From: Octopus vulgaris
Taxonomy: Eukaryota
Assembly: GCA_951406725.2 (NCBI GenBank)
Contig: OX597826.1
Location: forward strand, 70,494,001 to 70,558,000
Length of the DNA: 64,000 nt
Direction: 5' to 3'
Each line of letters starts with the position of its first letter. Position 1 is the stretch's first letter. The notes below the pieces were generated by a model. The model was not told the DNA's origin. It made no database searches and was given only the letters and a program-made list of their open reading frames with translations. Shown in pieces: positions 1 through 13,241 of the stretch. The position numbers were made by a program, and so were the translations under genes.

Positions 1-838
1 AGTCTATCACAGGATTACTCATATTTCCCAGCTGACTGGACTGGAACAACATGAAATGAAGGGTTGCCCGGTCCAGGTAAGATACCATAATCTTATGGTA
101 ATGAGTCCAACACCCTAAACACTAAGCCTCGTGCCTCCACTCTGTTACTTTAAGGGTTAGTCCACGTTAGTCTGTAAGGAACATAGGGCCTGTTTCCTGT
201 TTTCTCTCATGTGTATATATTCCTCCCTGGATGGGACGCTAGTCCATCATGAGATAACTCATTTTTACTGGAGCGCTGTGAAACGCAATGTTTTGCTTGA
301 GAACACAACGCACCGCCCAGTCCAGCATTTGAAACTACAATTTTACGATCGTGAGTTCACCACCCTAACCACTAATCCACACAGCTAATTGCTTTAATGA
401 CTCAGCTACAAAGTACGCACACACACACACACACATGCACACACTGCAAAAAATCACCACTTCTTTCAAAACAGAAACTACTTCAGTTCCAATCAGTTGT
501 TGACCCCTGTACAAAGTTCAAGTGTGTTCCATACTGGAAGGCTGCTCATGCTTCAGAGATAGCGACTTTTCAAATGTGTTTTAAAATGCCAACCCGAGCT
601 TTGCGAGCGAGTACTTCGTTGTCTCCCACACTTGATCTTTGTTGAGGAAGGGAGGAGGCCCGGTAGCTTATTATTGTAGCTGAAGTAGTTCATTCTTGTT
701 TTGAAGGTGTTGGTAATGACTGTTTGATTTAAGAAGTTTATATTGCAACTGTGTGGTTTATGGTTCAATTCCACTGCATGGCACATTGGACAACTTGTTT
801 TCTGCTATGGTCTCAGATTGACCAAAATTTTGTTAGTG

Positions 839-1143
839 GAAGCACATGGCCTAGTGGTTAGAGCAGCAGACTCACGGTCGAGGGATCGTGGGTTCGAATC
901 TCAGACCGGGCTATGTGTGTTTTTATGAGCAATACACCTAAGCTCCACGTGGTTCCGGCAGAAGGTAATGGCGAACTTCTGCTGACTCTTTCGCCATAAC
1001 TTTCTCTCACTCTTTCCTCCTCACCTGCATTTTGCAGCTCACCTTCGACGGACCGGCATCCCGTCCAGGTGGGGAACCTATACGCCAATGAAACCTGGAA
1101 ACCGGTCCTTATGAGCCAGGCATGGCTCGAGAAGGAACAAACA
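839..1143 (+). mobile_element. tRNA-derived SINE with V-domain-like 3' part, inserted into an older SINE
   Basis: A box (TGGCCTAGTGG) and B box (GGTTCGAATCTC) in the head; GACGGACCGGCATCCCGTCCAGG segment; 15-bp target-site duplication AAAATTTTGTTAGTG at 824-838 and 1144-1158. Confidence 0.85.
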
Positions 1144-1289
1144 AAAATTTTGTTAGTGAATTCTGGTTGGTAGAAATTATACAGAAGCCTAGTTGCATGC
1201 GCACGTGTGTGTGTCTGTCTGTCTGTCTATCTCTGTGCTTCAACATTGACACTTTTGATGACAGTAATGTCTGTCTCGCATAAATTGTA

Positions 1290-1525
1290 CAGAGTAGCCC
1301 AAAAGTAGGTTTGTAGTTATTCAACTATCTCTTTCGCATTCATATATTAACAATTTAGATCTTAATTATAAAAAAAATATGAAACCATTATTCTATGCTA
1401 ATTTAGTTTAATTTTGTCAGCGTCCCTTTTCAGTTTGTAAGACAGAAATTTAGATGTAATAAAACGTTTTAAAAGAAATTTAAAGTGCTTACATGATAAC
1501 TGTAAACTTATTTTGGGCCACCTTG
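1290..1525. mobile_element. Tc1/mariner-type MITE
   Basis: Terminal inverted repeats of about CAGGGTGGCCCAAAAGTAGGTTTACAGT preceded by TA; second copy in opposite orientation at 29518-29752. Confidence 0.75.
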
Positions 1526-2084
1526 CATGTTCCATAACTTGGCGGCCCAACATATGAGGACTAGTGGAGTTAAATATCTAACATGTAAACAAGCATGGAA
1601 AAAATGAACGTACAGACGATGATGTGAACGAAAACTGTTGCTAGACTTTCTCTCTCTCTCTGTCCCTCACACACACAACAACAACCAGCTTCTTTCAGTT
1701 TCCATCTACGGAACTCACTCACAAGGCTTTGGTCATCCTGGGGTTATAGTTGAAGAATCTTACCGAAAGTGTCACACAGTGAGACGGAATCTGAAACCAT
1801 GCAGTTGTGGGTTGTGAAGTGAACTTGGGAACCACACAGTTTGTGTCAACGGATTTAATGCGGAGAGCATCCAAAAACGTGTTTGGAAAAAATATGCCAT
1901 GAGGAAGAGATAACATTAGTTCCATGATTAATATTATTTTAATTATTTTGATGACACCCTCAGACAAAGCATAGACTACACTGCATACTTGTCAAAGAGA
2001 ATCACTAAGACATTGTGTAATGTTGTCCACGAGTATGAGTGGGAAACTGGGATATTTTGAAAACAACAACTATAAGGTACTTAA

Positions 2085-2371
2085 TGTATCGACCCCGAAA
2101 GGATGAAAGGCAAAGTCGACCTCGGCGGAATTTGAACTCGGAACGTAGCGACAGACGAAATACCTAATTCTTTATTACCCACAACGAGCTAAACACAGAG
2201 GGGACAAACAAGGACAGACAAACGGATGAAGTCGATTATGTTGACTCCAGTACGCAACTGGTATTTATTTTATCGATCTCGATAGGACAAACAGTGAAGT
2301 CAACCTCGGCGGAATTTAAACTCGGAACGTGAAGCATTTCGCCCGGCGTGCTAACGTTTCTGCCAGCTCGC
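2085..2371 (-). mobile_element. SINE family B, partial tandem dimer
   Basis: Same sequence as the many GGCGAGCTGGCAGAAACGTTAGC...GCCTTTCATCCTTTCGGGGTCGATAAATTAAGTACC...AAAGAAATAG copies in the window. Confidence 0.8.
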
Positions 2372-3196
2372 AGACTTAACAACAAAAACAACATCAATAA
2401 TTATTATTATTATAGGCGGGGGGGGGGGGTAAAGAATACGTGCACCACCCGTTTTCGGCATAACCCTAACCCTCGAAAACGTGTGGTGTGCGTATTCTTT
2501 ATCTTGGCATAATAATAATAATAATAATATCCCTTTTTATTACAGACACAGGGTCGGGAATTTTGTGGGAAGGGGTAAGTCATTTACATCGCCCCAGTGT
2601 TTAAATGTTACTTATTTTGTCGACCCCAGAAAGATGAAAGCTAAAGTCGACCTCGGCGAAATTTGAACTCAGAACGTAAAGACGGACGAAATGCCGCTAA
2701 GCAATTTTTGCCCGGTGTGCTAATGATTACCACTCGATAATTATAAACCTCAGTAATTTATTATTTTAAGTGTGTTTTTTCCTTAGAAAATCCCTTTTTA
2801 CATTGGTTACGTTCCAAAGTCTTAGCATTAAAAAAAAGGAAAAGAAATTAGAATAGGAAGGGAAATAACTCTGCTGAACCTGCTATCGCTTCTATGAGGA
2901 GGGTAAAAGCACGTTGACACTTTACAGACACACACACACACACACGCACATAGACGTGCGCGCGCGCTCACACAGTCATCGTTCGTTACGTAAGGGTCGT
3001 GTTCTGGAGTTTTGAAGCCTTCAGGAATTTTGGTTTGCGAAGTCTGTTCTTCTCTTCAATTTCTCTGTTGCATAACGGATAAGCCGATGGGAAAATACTT
3101 TCCATGCTTTGGAATTCCACGTTACACTTATTTCGTATTGGGATTTGGTTTGCAAGATTCTTTATATGAGTTCGTGTGTTGAAGCATGTTCCGTTA

Positions 3197-3450
3197 TGTC
3201 TGGGGAGAGTCATTTTCTTTTTGTGCCTTATAATTTAATACACTCACCGGTAAAATTTCCCCCCTTTTTTCTTATTTTTATTTTCCTAAAATTTTCGTTG
3301 CATCTTGCAACCTTTGAGGGTCAAGACTATTGAAAAGGCTGCAAGACGCAACGAAAATTTTAGGAAAATAAAAATAAGAAATAAGTGGAAATTTTACCGG
3401 TGAGTGTATTAAATTATAAGGCACAAAAAGAAAATGACTCTCCCCAGACA
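3197..3450. repeat. Long foldback (arms about 118 bp), probable Penelope-like inverted pseudo-LTR
   Basis: 3197-3315 is the reverse complement of 3334-3450; a single-arm copy of the same family lies at about 56190-56350. Confidence 0.8.
3327..3363 (+). ncRNA. Putative variant minimal hammerhead ribozyme (U3-A8 core)
   Basis: CTA-TTGAAAA-G-GCTGC aagac GCAAC-GAA-AATT-T-TAG; the opposite arm preserves stem II as GTTGC/GCAAC; stem I is only 3 bp. Confidence 0.4.
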
Positions 3451-3603
3451 CAACATTACACTTAGATTTTCAGAAATGTAAAACTTCTGCAACACACGCA
3501 CGTATTTACACACACACACAACTACTTTCCAGCGCGCACGCACAAACAATATTGGGGGACAATGAAGGAACCTCTTTGCAGTCACTGACCCTGCTGAAAA
3601 TAC

Positions 3604-3814
3604 CCTTTTACTTGTTTCAGTCATTTGACTGTGGCCATGCTGGAGCACCACCTTTAGTCGAGCAAATCGACCCCAGGACTTATTCTTTGTAGGCCTAGTA
3701 CTTATTCTATCGGTCTTTTTTGCCGAACCGCTAAGTTACGGGGACGTAAACACACCAGCATCGGTTGTCAAGCGATGTTGGGAAACAAAAAAAAAAAACA
3801 CACAAACATATACT

Positions 3815-3859
<45 letters not shown>

Positions 3860-4033
3860 TTATATACATATATATGACAGGCTTCTTTCAGTTTCCGTCT
3901 ATCAAATCCACTCACAAGGCTTTGGTTGACCCGAGGCTATAGTAGAAAACACTCACCCAAGGTGCCATGCAGTGGGACTGAACCCGGAACCATGTGGTAT
4001 CGTAAGCAAGCTACTTACCACACAGCCACTCCT
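3604..4033 (-). mobile_element. SINE family A (tRNA head, CORE-like segment, internal (TA)n/(TG)n, GTAAAAGA tail)
   Basis: Near-identical to more than 12 copies in the window; head AGGAGTGGCTGTGTGGTAAG...GGTTCAGTCCCA. Confidence 0.9.
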
Positions 4034-5647
4034 AATGCTTCAAATCACACACTACCATCTGCAAATTTAGGGAGTCATATATGGGGTTTTATATAGACCT
4101 ACATACACTGAGCGTGAAAGAGAACATGGGATGGTCACTGCCTATGGCTAAACAACAAGAGCTGTTGTAGAAGACCCCCATCTAAAGGTTCCACACAGGG
4201 AGATTGAACCTGTTCTATGGTCCATTGTGTAGATGAGTGGTTCTCATACCTTTTTCTCTGGGGCCCATTTGCATACCCCCCCAAAAATCCCGGGCCCACT
4301 GGAATTCCCCTCTTGTTAGCACTACTGATATGATATAAGTAGCCAGTTTATGTTGCTTTGAAAAGATTAATGTAGAGAAAGATGGATAAATCCAGCTTGG
4401 TGCATAAATCCTTCTGTCCCTAAAGAGTTAAATTTTGTCTGTGCTATAGAAATTTCAAATTTTTCCAACAGCTTGCAAGCAGCCTGGATTTCAAACGAAT
4501 TTAATCTCTCCCTGATGTTGCCCAACTTACCTGGAGTCTTATCTTTATGCTAATTTACATGGACTCTTATCTAGTGGTTCTTGTAAAGTGATTATAACTT
4601 TTTTGGACCATTAACCCAACCCTTATCCGTTTCACCAACCACTTACCAAACCCCTTACATCGCAACTTATACCAAAATGAATGCATAAACTTGTGTCAGT
4701 GACCCGACAGATAACATGAGTTCATTGCTGTCTCTTGCACTAGCTTCACATAGAAGCCCCAGCCCATCCAAAGTACCTTGGATCGCAGGACAACCTGCTG
4801 CGTTTACCTTAGATCGTAGGGCGACCTGCTGTGCTTGAGGAGACCTATTGAGTCAAGTACATCAACATCAAAAATCAAATGGAAATTGTAGTTGTGATAC
4901 CTGTGCCTGTTGCACATAAAAAGCACCCACTACACTCACGGAGTGCTTGACTTTAGGAAGGGCATCCAGCTGTAGAAACACTGCCAGATCAGACTGGAGC
5001 CTGGTGCAGCCTCCTGGCTTCCCAGACTCCAGTCAAACCGTCCAACCCATGCCAGCATGGAAAATGGATGTTAAACGATGATGATCTTCTGCCAAACCCT
5101 TAGATTTGGCTCACTGAACCCCTGGGATTTGACCAAACACAGGTTGAGAATCATTGTCCAAATTCATCCACCTGACAGTTATTGACAATACTGTAATATG
5201 TAAAGATAAGATATTTGTTTTACTTATTCTCACCCAAAAAGACAGATAAAGTTCAAAATAAATCGAAATAATTATTAATGAAAGAAATTGGAAAATAAGA
5301 ATAATGTTCAATCGAAATCAAAATCGATGACTGGCAACCGTGCTAGTGGAGCGCTAAGAGAACCATATGAATGAGATCGGGGCCAGAGCTGGCCTCGTTA
5401 AAAACACCATTCGAGCATGATTGTTACCTGCGTCGCCTACTGGCACTTATGCTGGTGGCACATGAAAAAACATTTGAGTGAGGTCTTTGCCAGTGCCGCT
5501 GGACTGGCTACTGTGCAGGTGGCACGTAAAAAGCACATATATATATCAATAATAACAAAGGGTAAAATTAATTAAGAAGTAATCAATAATTTCACCAAGT
5601 AGAATTTGGTATGAAAAAGGACCATTTCACGGTAAACTTAAGTAATA

Positions 5648-5875
5648 TTTAATAAAAGGGTTCAGCAAAGATTTGCTTTACCACATACCAAAGTTTAGAA
5701 ATAGCAGCCAAAAATCTTAGCTATTTCTTCTACTTTAAAAAGGGACTCCTAGAGAAACCAAAATACTTGAAAGGAGTCCCTTTTTAAAGTAGAAGAAATA
5801 GCTAAGATTTTTGACTGCTATTTCTAAACTTCGGTATGTGGTAAGGCAAATCTTTGCTGAACCCTCTTTATTAAG

Positions 5876-5876
<1 letters not shown>
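5648..5876. repeat. Foldback element in (TA)n (arms about 100 bp)
   Basis: About 5648-5749 is the reverse complement of about 5773-5876; the left arm plus its upstream flank recurs at about 43835-44050. Confidence 0.8.
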
Positions 5877-5907
<31 letters not shown>

Positions 5908-6736
5908 TATATACCTGTGTGCAACTGTGTTCTTTCAGTTTCCGTCTATCAAATCCACTCACAAGATGGTTGAGGAGTAAGCTTCTTACTGCTCAACCAG
6001 CCTATTGGCATCATTTAATGCCTGCCTTCCTTGCTGGCATGGGTTGGGCAGCTTGACAGGATCTGACAACCCAGATGATTGTGTTGAGCATCACTGTCTG
6101 TTTTGGTGTGGTTTCTCTGGCTGGATGTCCTTTCTAATATGCCAGCCACTTTGCAGAGTGTAAAGGGTCAAAATGCAAAGACCACCCTCTTTGGTCATGA
6201 ATGACCATGGGATTTATTTCTTTATTGCCCACAAGAGGCTAAACATAGATGGGACAAACAAGGACAGACAAGGGGATTAAGTCGATTTATATCGAACCCA
6301 GTGATTTACTTGTACTTATTTAATTGACCCCGAAAGGATGAAAGGCAAAGTTGACCTCGGCAGAATTTGAACTCAGAACGTAATGACAGACGAAATACCT
6401 CTAGGCATTTCGCCCGGTGTGCTAACATTTCTGCCAGCTTGCAGATTGCACCTAAAAAGTTTTCCTCGGAGGTAAGGTTATTTATGCAAGACGAGCATTC
6501 ACCCATGCTTACCAGCCTCTCTTCTCCATGCCACTGATATTATCCAAGGAGAAGGCAAAGGGGCCGATACAACTTGGCACCAGTGACATCGCAACTCATT
6601 TCTAAACCTAAGCAACATGAAATAAAGTATCTTGCTTAAGAATACAACCTGGTTTGAGTGCCTTTTGTGTGGCACCAAAAGCAGAGAGTTCACCAAGTAA
6701 CTTACTGGACAGGGCCCCCTCAACCAGGTTGGTAAC

Positions 6737-7169
6737 GAAAGGGTTAAGAATGGTTTCTCTATTATATAAAATAACTTAGTTATCAATCAGCTAGTGTTAG
6801 GAACATAAATTGTGGCTAAGGTTTGGTGGAAGATTTTAATTCAAAACTTATGAAAACAAAACATTTGTACTCAGAGGCAGAAGCTGTTTCAGCCGGGTTG
6901 GTATCGAAAGGGTTAAGAATGGTTTCTCTATTATATATTTAAACCCTTTTGTTACCATATTTCTGTTGAGATACTCTGTGTTTCTTTCAATAAATTTTAA
7001 ATATAACTAAGAATTTAGTAAAATAACTTAGTTATCATTCAGCTAGTGTTAGGAACATAAATTGTGACTAAGGTTTGGTGGAAGATTTTAATTCAAAAAC
7101 TTATATAAACAAGACATTTGTACTCAGAGGCAGAGCCGGTTTCAGCCGGGTTGGTATCAAAAGGGTTAA
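6737..7169. mobile_element. TTAA-type (piggyBac-like) MITE with local tandem duplication of its right end
   Basis: CCCTTTTGTTACC...GGTATCAAAAGGG-TTAA at about 6944-7169; extra AAAGGGTTAA right ends near 6746 and 6915. Confidence 0.65.
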
Positions 7170-7430
7170 GTGGGAGGCAGGTTAGTATTGTGCCAAGGAG
7201 AATTATTACTAATGTCTCTTTTCCTTGTGAAGCAAATGCAGTAGAACTATTTAGTTAAAAGTAAGCCACTGTATTTAGCAGTTGTTGATCTGAAGAAACC
7301 CTTTGACAGGTCCCTTGCTCTATGATCTGGTGGTTAATGTGGAAGCTTGGGGTAGGCAAATAACTGCTGAGAGCCATATGAGCCGTGTATCGAGGTATTG
7401 TCAGTAAGGTGTAAATTCGTAATGAGTACA
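7170..7430 (+). mobile_element. Degenerate RTE-clade reverse transcriptase fragment
   Basis: Translates with stops to KQMQ*NYLVKSKPLYLAVVDLKKPFDR..IWWLMWKLGV, matching the RT motif FVDLEKAFDRVP. Confidence 0.7.
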
Positions 7431-7775
7431 ACTAATACACTGTGCAGGTAGGAAGGTTGTTTTCAGTCCACTTTAGTTCGTCATAGTCCATGAAACTATA
7501 TAACAGAGGCCAGTTCGTTGTGAGAACTACATTATGCTGACGAAACATTGTAACAAGTAGGACAATTGAAATATCTAGAAGTAAACAAATGACAGTCACT
7601 CTGAATTGATAGCATGCCTTGTACTTAAATATAGTTTTCACAGACCAACCAGCTGTTGTCAGTCTCTGACATATCGATCTTATCTCTACTTTCTTCCTCT
7701 TATTAAATAACTATAGATCCAACTTCCTTTATTCTATCACACAGTGCATTTTACCCGTTCCTTACTGTATCAATA

Positions 7776-7815
<40 letters not shown>

Positions 7816-9041
7816 TACATGGATGTATATTTATTTATACCTACACACTTGTGGCCTTACTGTATATCAAGCATTATGGTTTTACCAGGAACAGTAAGTT
7901 CTATATATTTTTTATTTTGTTTTTGTTTAGCCCTTGGACAACTCTGGTCTGGCAGACCTTATGATCAAAGACATTCCAACCTTGACACTTCTATATTTTT
8001 TTTATATTTGATTACCTATTGTCTCTTTTTCTTTTTCTTTTTTTTTAAGACAGCAGTGGGGCTATGATTTGAGAGAGATTTGGCTACTATTTCTAACAGG
8101 TCTAGTGATCATGTAGAACAGTGACCTGTGGTTCTCAACTGGAGTCCATGTAGGATTTTTTGGGGAGCTCCATGTAGGATTTTGTTAAAATTTATGTACC
8201 GTACATTGGTTATATTTCTCACTATACACGAAATATTAAATTTTTTTTTTTTTAATACAGTTTCCTAATAATATTTAATTCTAAAAATGTAACAGGATTT
8301 CTTTAAACATTAAATGACTTTAAGGGCCCATCCGAGTAAAACCAGGTTCAAAGGGGTCCGTAGATGATAAATGGTTGAGAAACCCTGTAGAAGTTCCCCC
8401 GTTGACTTTTGTTGTTTTGCTACTGCTTAGCTCCCTTATAGGGGACACCTTTGAGCATGAGATCATTCCAAGCTTACTGATCCCACTTTTTGCTTCTGTT
8501 CCTGTTATACTGAGTATATATGTTGGACTACATTACTCAACATATCTTTCACATTTTTAAAGTGTGATCTGGAGGATATTTGGCTGCTATTTGTAGCAGG
8601 TCAAGCGATTGAGTAAAGGATTCATCATTCATTGTAGTTTTTATTGTTTGACGGGGGGTGGGATTAAATATCCGAGATATTTTGTTTAACAGCTTTTGTC
8701 AGAGGATGAAGCGTTATATCTGTGATCCCTCCCAGAGTTTCTGAAACTGGTACAGGTTATCTTTAGACATGAGACTTGATCTGAGTTCTTGCAACAGGGT
8801 AGATCTGCCATAGACACTCAAGGACCAGATCATCATCATCATCATCATCATTGTTATTTAGCATTCATTTTCCATATTGACATGGGTTGGATGGTTTGAC
8901 AGGGGCTGCACCAGGTTCCACAGTCTGTTTCCGCATGGTTTCTACAGCTTGATGCCCATCCCAACACCAACCACTTTACAGCATTTCCTGGGTGCTTTTT
9001 ACGTGGCACCATCACCTGTGATTTTTACATGTCACTTTATC

Positions 9042-9347
9042 AGTGGTTTTTATGTGGCACCAGTACCAGTGGTTTTTACGTGGCACCAGCACCAGTGGTT
9101 TTTATGTGACACCATCACCAGTGGTTTTTATGTGGCACCGGCACCAGTGGTTTTTATGTGACACCAGAACCAGTGGTTTTTACGTGGCACCAGAACCAGT
9201 GGTTTTTACGTGGCACCAGCACCAGTGGTTTTTACGTGGCACCAGCACCAGTGGTTTTTATGTGGCACCAGAACCAGTGGTTTTTATGTGACACCAGCAC
9301 CAGTGGTTTTTACATGGCACCAGTGGTTTTTACATGGCACCAGCACC
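9042..9347. repeat. 26-bp minisatellite, about 12 copies, grown inside an RTE 3' end
   Basis: Unit AGTGGTTTTTAYGTGGCACCAGCACC; contiguous with a - strand RTE tail at about 8830-9040. Confidence 0.9.
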
Positions 9348-9874
9348 TGAAGGGACAAGCTTGTATGTGTGGAAGACAGCATTTAGCTCCTGAGCAAAGA
9401 AGTAAATAGTTGCATATAAGACTCGAGAGTATTGACTGCAGGCAAACTAATGGACAGAATCACAAAAGAGTCCAGGAGAACAACAACCACATGTCTTTCT
9501 CTCAACTACCATATTTCTAAGTAATTTCCTCAGCTGCAAAGACTCTCCGCCTTGCTCGTTTACGAGTCAAAGTGCTTGATTCATCACACACTCATTTCGT
9601 CACAAAATCCAGGGTGTGTTTTTTTCGATTAAAAACAGAAAGTAAACAACAGTAATGGGGTGGGGTGATGACACCATTAACAATGAGTCACACACTTGAA
9701 TACAAATCTGCAACATGATCCTGTGTCTAATTTTAGTATTTTATCTTCTGTCTCTACACTTGTTGTCCTTTACTGGTTTGGTAGCAACCTTGGCAAAGGA
9801 TGGCATTCAAGCTGTTCCTACCATAGTGGAAAGACAACATGGTAGGGTCAAAAATAACCACAGAATACTTACAA

Positions 9875-10267
9875 CTAACAGTATCGCCCGGTGCTGCTCG
9901 GGTTTGTTTCGACCCTTTAGAATTGGAGTTATTGAAAAGTAAAAATTTTGCATTATGTAGCTTGTTATTCTCTTTAAGTGAACATTTTTCTGGTTGAAAT
10001 ACACCGAAAAATGGCGACACAGCAGTAAAAAAACTCATAAAAAATAGAGATTTTCATAGAAAAAAAGCACCTTTTTGATGTAAATAATTTTTGGTGTTAA
10101 CATGGTCCGATTTGAATTTTTTCTTCTATGGAAGGAAGAGCAAGCCTTCTTCTATCATACTCTCAATTTTGGTCAACTTGCTCCGCAGGGTCTCGGGGGA
10201 GATAGTGTTAGTTGAAGGCTACCAAACCTGCCATACACAGACAACTTCAGCTTTATATAGAGAGAGA
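9875..10267 (-). mobile_element. Non-autonomous Helitron-like element
   Basis: On the - strand: A|TCTCTCTCTATATAAAGC 5' end, subterminal GC hairpin CCCGAGCAGCACCGGG, 3' end ...GTTAG|T (insertion between A and T, no TSD). Confidence 0.65.
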
Positions 10268-10552
10268 TTACTCAGTACTCAGAGGAAAAGTTGTATTGTG
10301 AAGTTTAATTTGACTAAGACCAAAGTGTAACTGAATAGGTTATTCAACCAATGCATGTATGCTTCCCAACTGAACCCATAAGGGTTCAGTCCCACTGCAT
10401 GGCACCTTGGACAAGTGTCTTTTACTATAGCTTGGGCTGACTAAACTCTAGTGGGTGGATTTGGTAAGGGGAAACTGAAAGAAGCCCGCCGTATATATAT
10501 ATATATATATGTATGTGTGTGCATATAGATATGTGTGTGTGCATGTATATGA

Positions 10553-10587
<35 letters not shown>

Positions 10588-11180
10588 TATGTATTATATG
10601 TGTGTAGGCGCATACATGCTTTCTGTCTAACATATTCACTCACAAGGCAATTGATTTATTTAGGTTTATAGTAGAAGACACGTTTTCAAAGCGCTGAACA
10701 ATTGGACCGAACCCGAAACCGTGTGGTTGTAAAGCAAGTTTCCTTAATCACACAGTCACCCATGCCTGTGCCTCTATTGTCAGTTCACTAACAAAGGTTC
10801 CCATATCTCAATGAAATTCCACCAAAACAAGTTTTATTACTACTGCAACTGCTTGTGTTAATACTAGTTTTGGTGGTCTTAGTAGCAATATGTTAATTGC
10901 ACAACAATCCATCCACAAATATCCTTGACTTTCTCTCTTTAGAATTTCTGTGTGAACAAGTCAGTAGTATTTACTTGGCAAGTTTTTTTTTGTTTTTTTT
11001 TGTTAATTTGAAATCTCTTATATGTCACAGATATATATAACTGTAAGAAGAAAAATATAAAAACTATTTGTGTCAAAGAGATACAATTGTAGAAAGTTTA
11101 GATTTGAAAACCTTGTGTAATAAATCGGTAGCTCTAGGAGCCCAAGTTATTAAACCTCTATACCATATTCATATATATTA

Positions 11181-11793
11181 TCTGGTCATCCCATAAGTTC
11201 TGTACGATTTTACCTTTTCTTAAAATTGAATGAAATTTAATAGTATTTTAGAATGTCTAATGAAATTAAATATTATTTTACAGAATAATAGAATTAACAT
11301 TTCTTTGATTAAAACCCTTTCTAACATGGAAGTACCTAAAGAGCATTTGAGGCACATAATATTTTATGAGTACAAAAAAGGAAACTCTGCAGCTGAAGCG
11401 ACTCAAAATATACACTCAGTTTATGGGGGGAAATGCTTGAATGAAAGAACTTGCAGAAGATGGTTTGCAAAATTCAGAAGTGGAGATTTCAGCCTTGAAG
11501 ATGAAGATCGAACAGGACGTCCAGTTGAGTTTGATGATAAGCTCCTTGAGGCATTACTTGAAGAAAATCCTACATTATCAGTTGAAGAATTGGCAATAAA
11601 GCTTAGTTCAAACCATACAACTGTTCATCGTCATCTTCAACAACTTGGAAAGGTTCCTAAACTTGGAAAATGGGTGCCTCATGAATTGTCCGAAAGCAAC
11701 TGCAAATCCCGAGTTGACATCTGCTCTTCTTTTCATTCTCGTGAACTCATTTCACCCTTTTTGGATAGACTTGTGACTGGTGATGAAAAATGG
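11181..11793 (+). mobile_element. Mariner transposon, 5' half (3'-truncated)
   Basis: TA plus TIR-like TCTGGTCATCCCATAAGTTC; uninterrupted frame from ATG 11326 with HTH, GRP, WVPHEL and TGDEKW (first catalytic D), then breaks into a SINE fragment. Confidence 0.92.
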
Positions 11794-12229
11794 GGTAGTT
11801 CACTTTGCAACCATGTAGCTTCAGGTTTGGTCCCACTGCATGGCACCATGGGCAAGTGTCTTTGACTATAGCTCAGGTTGGTCAAAGCCTTGCGAGCAAA
11901 CCGAATTTAGTTGATGGAAACTGTACAGAAGCCCATCATATATCATCATCATCATCATTTAACATCCGTTGTCCATGCTGGCATGGGTTGGACGGTTTGA
12001 CTGGTTCAGGCATGCTGGTAGCCTGTGCCAGGATCCAGTCTGATTTGGCATGGTTTTCTATGGCTGGATGCCCTTCCTAACGCCAACCACATGCTACCAG
12101 TATCTCTGTAGCAGAATGCAATAAAGTGCTCCCCCTGATGATTCTCTGCAGTTAGGCATTCGAAGGCATTTGGAACATCCAATGCTCAGTTACAAATATA
12201 TATATGTATATATATATATATATTGGGTC

Positions 12230-12564
12230 GGGTCGGGACCCCCTTTGGTCACGACACTGACCATGGAATTGCTCCTAGAAAGTTACCCTCGTAGTCACAA
12301 GTCCGGGCAAGGTTGTTTATGGAAGACCAGCAGTCGCCCATGCATACCGGCCTCCCCTCTCCACGCCACGAGCGTTATCCAAGGGAAAGACAAAGGTCGA
12401 TACACCTTGGCACCTGTGATGTCGCAACACATTTCTACAGCTGAGTAAAGTGGAGCAACGGGAAATAAAGTGTCTTGCTCAAGAACACAACACACAACCT
12501 GGTCCAGGAATTGAACTCACAACCTCACGATCGTAAGCTCGACGCTCTAACCACTGAAGTGAAG

Positions 12565-12568
<4 letters not shown>
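12230..12568 (-). mobile_element. tRNA/CORE-type SINE (family E)
   Basis: tRNA-like head plus TTGAGCAAGACACTTTATTTCCCGTTGCTCCAC CORE-like block; a related split copy lies at about 6160-6650. Confidence 0.7.
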
Positions 12569-12601
<33 letters not shown>

Positions 12602-12608
12602 CACACAC

Positions 12609-12654
<46 letters not shown>

Positions 12655-13241
12655 GCATGCATACATATGTATGTGTGTGCGTCTTTGTTGTGTTTGTCCT
12701 CTATTCGACTGCTTGTCAACCAGTATTGGTTTGTTTACATCCCTACAACCTAGTGGTTCAGCAAAAAAGAAAACAATGGAAAGTAAATACAAGATTTTTA
12801 AAAAATAAGTCCTGGTGGGTGATTTGATTGACTACTACCACTTAAGGTATTTATTTCTTTATTGCCCACAGAGGGGCTAAACGTAAAGGGGACAAACAAG
12901 GACAGACAAAGGGATTAAGCCAATTACATCGACACACGACTGGTACTTTATTTATCAAACTCAAAAGGATGAAAGGTAAAGTTGACCTCGGTGGAATTTG
13001 AACTCGGAATGTTACAGCAAATGAAATACTACTAAACAGTTCGCCTGGTGTGCTAACGATTCTGCCAGCTCACTGCCCATTTAAGGTGTTACCCCAGCGT
13101 GGCTGCAATCCAATAACTGAAACAAGGAACTGGTAAAAGATAAACTTGAAACATTGAATTCTGTAGTCCTAGATACATTGTGTCTGAAAAAATGCTGAGA
13201 CGGACATGGTTGGAATGTCTGTAATTGGAAGGTGTGTTTAA

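Noticed and set aside
839-910. tRNA genes at SINE heads (also about 41560-41630 and 55950-56019)
   Set aside because: The A and B boxes run straight into SINE bodies, some with TSDs, and I saw no complete acceptor stem.
4526-4535. ACTTACCTGG resembling the U1 snRNA 5' end
   Set aside because: No downstream U1 similarity. It may simply be a - strand donor-like sequence, and no exon could be supported.
9042-9347. CRISPR-like appearance of regular repeats here and in RTE 3' UTRs
   Set aside because: Units are contiguous or have mutually related spacers, there are no cas genes, and the context is a eukaryotic LINE.
9715-9942. Hydrophobic ORF as a possible signal-peptide exon for NIPA2
   Set aside because: The better donor is phase 1 while the acceptor needs phase 0, the phase-0 GT is weak, and the ORF runs into a Helitron-like element.
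12135-12190. CTGATGA with a downstream hairpin (similar lone cores at 15583, 21452 and 52665)
   Set aside because: Stems I and II or the GAAA cannot be formed.
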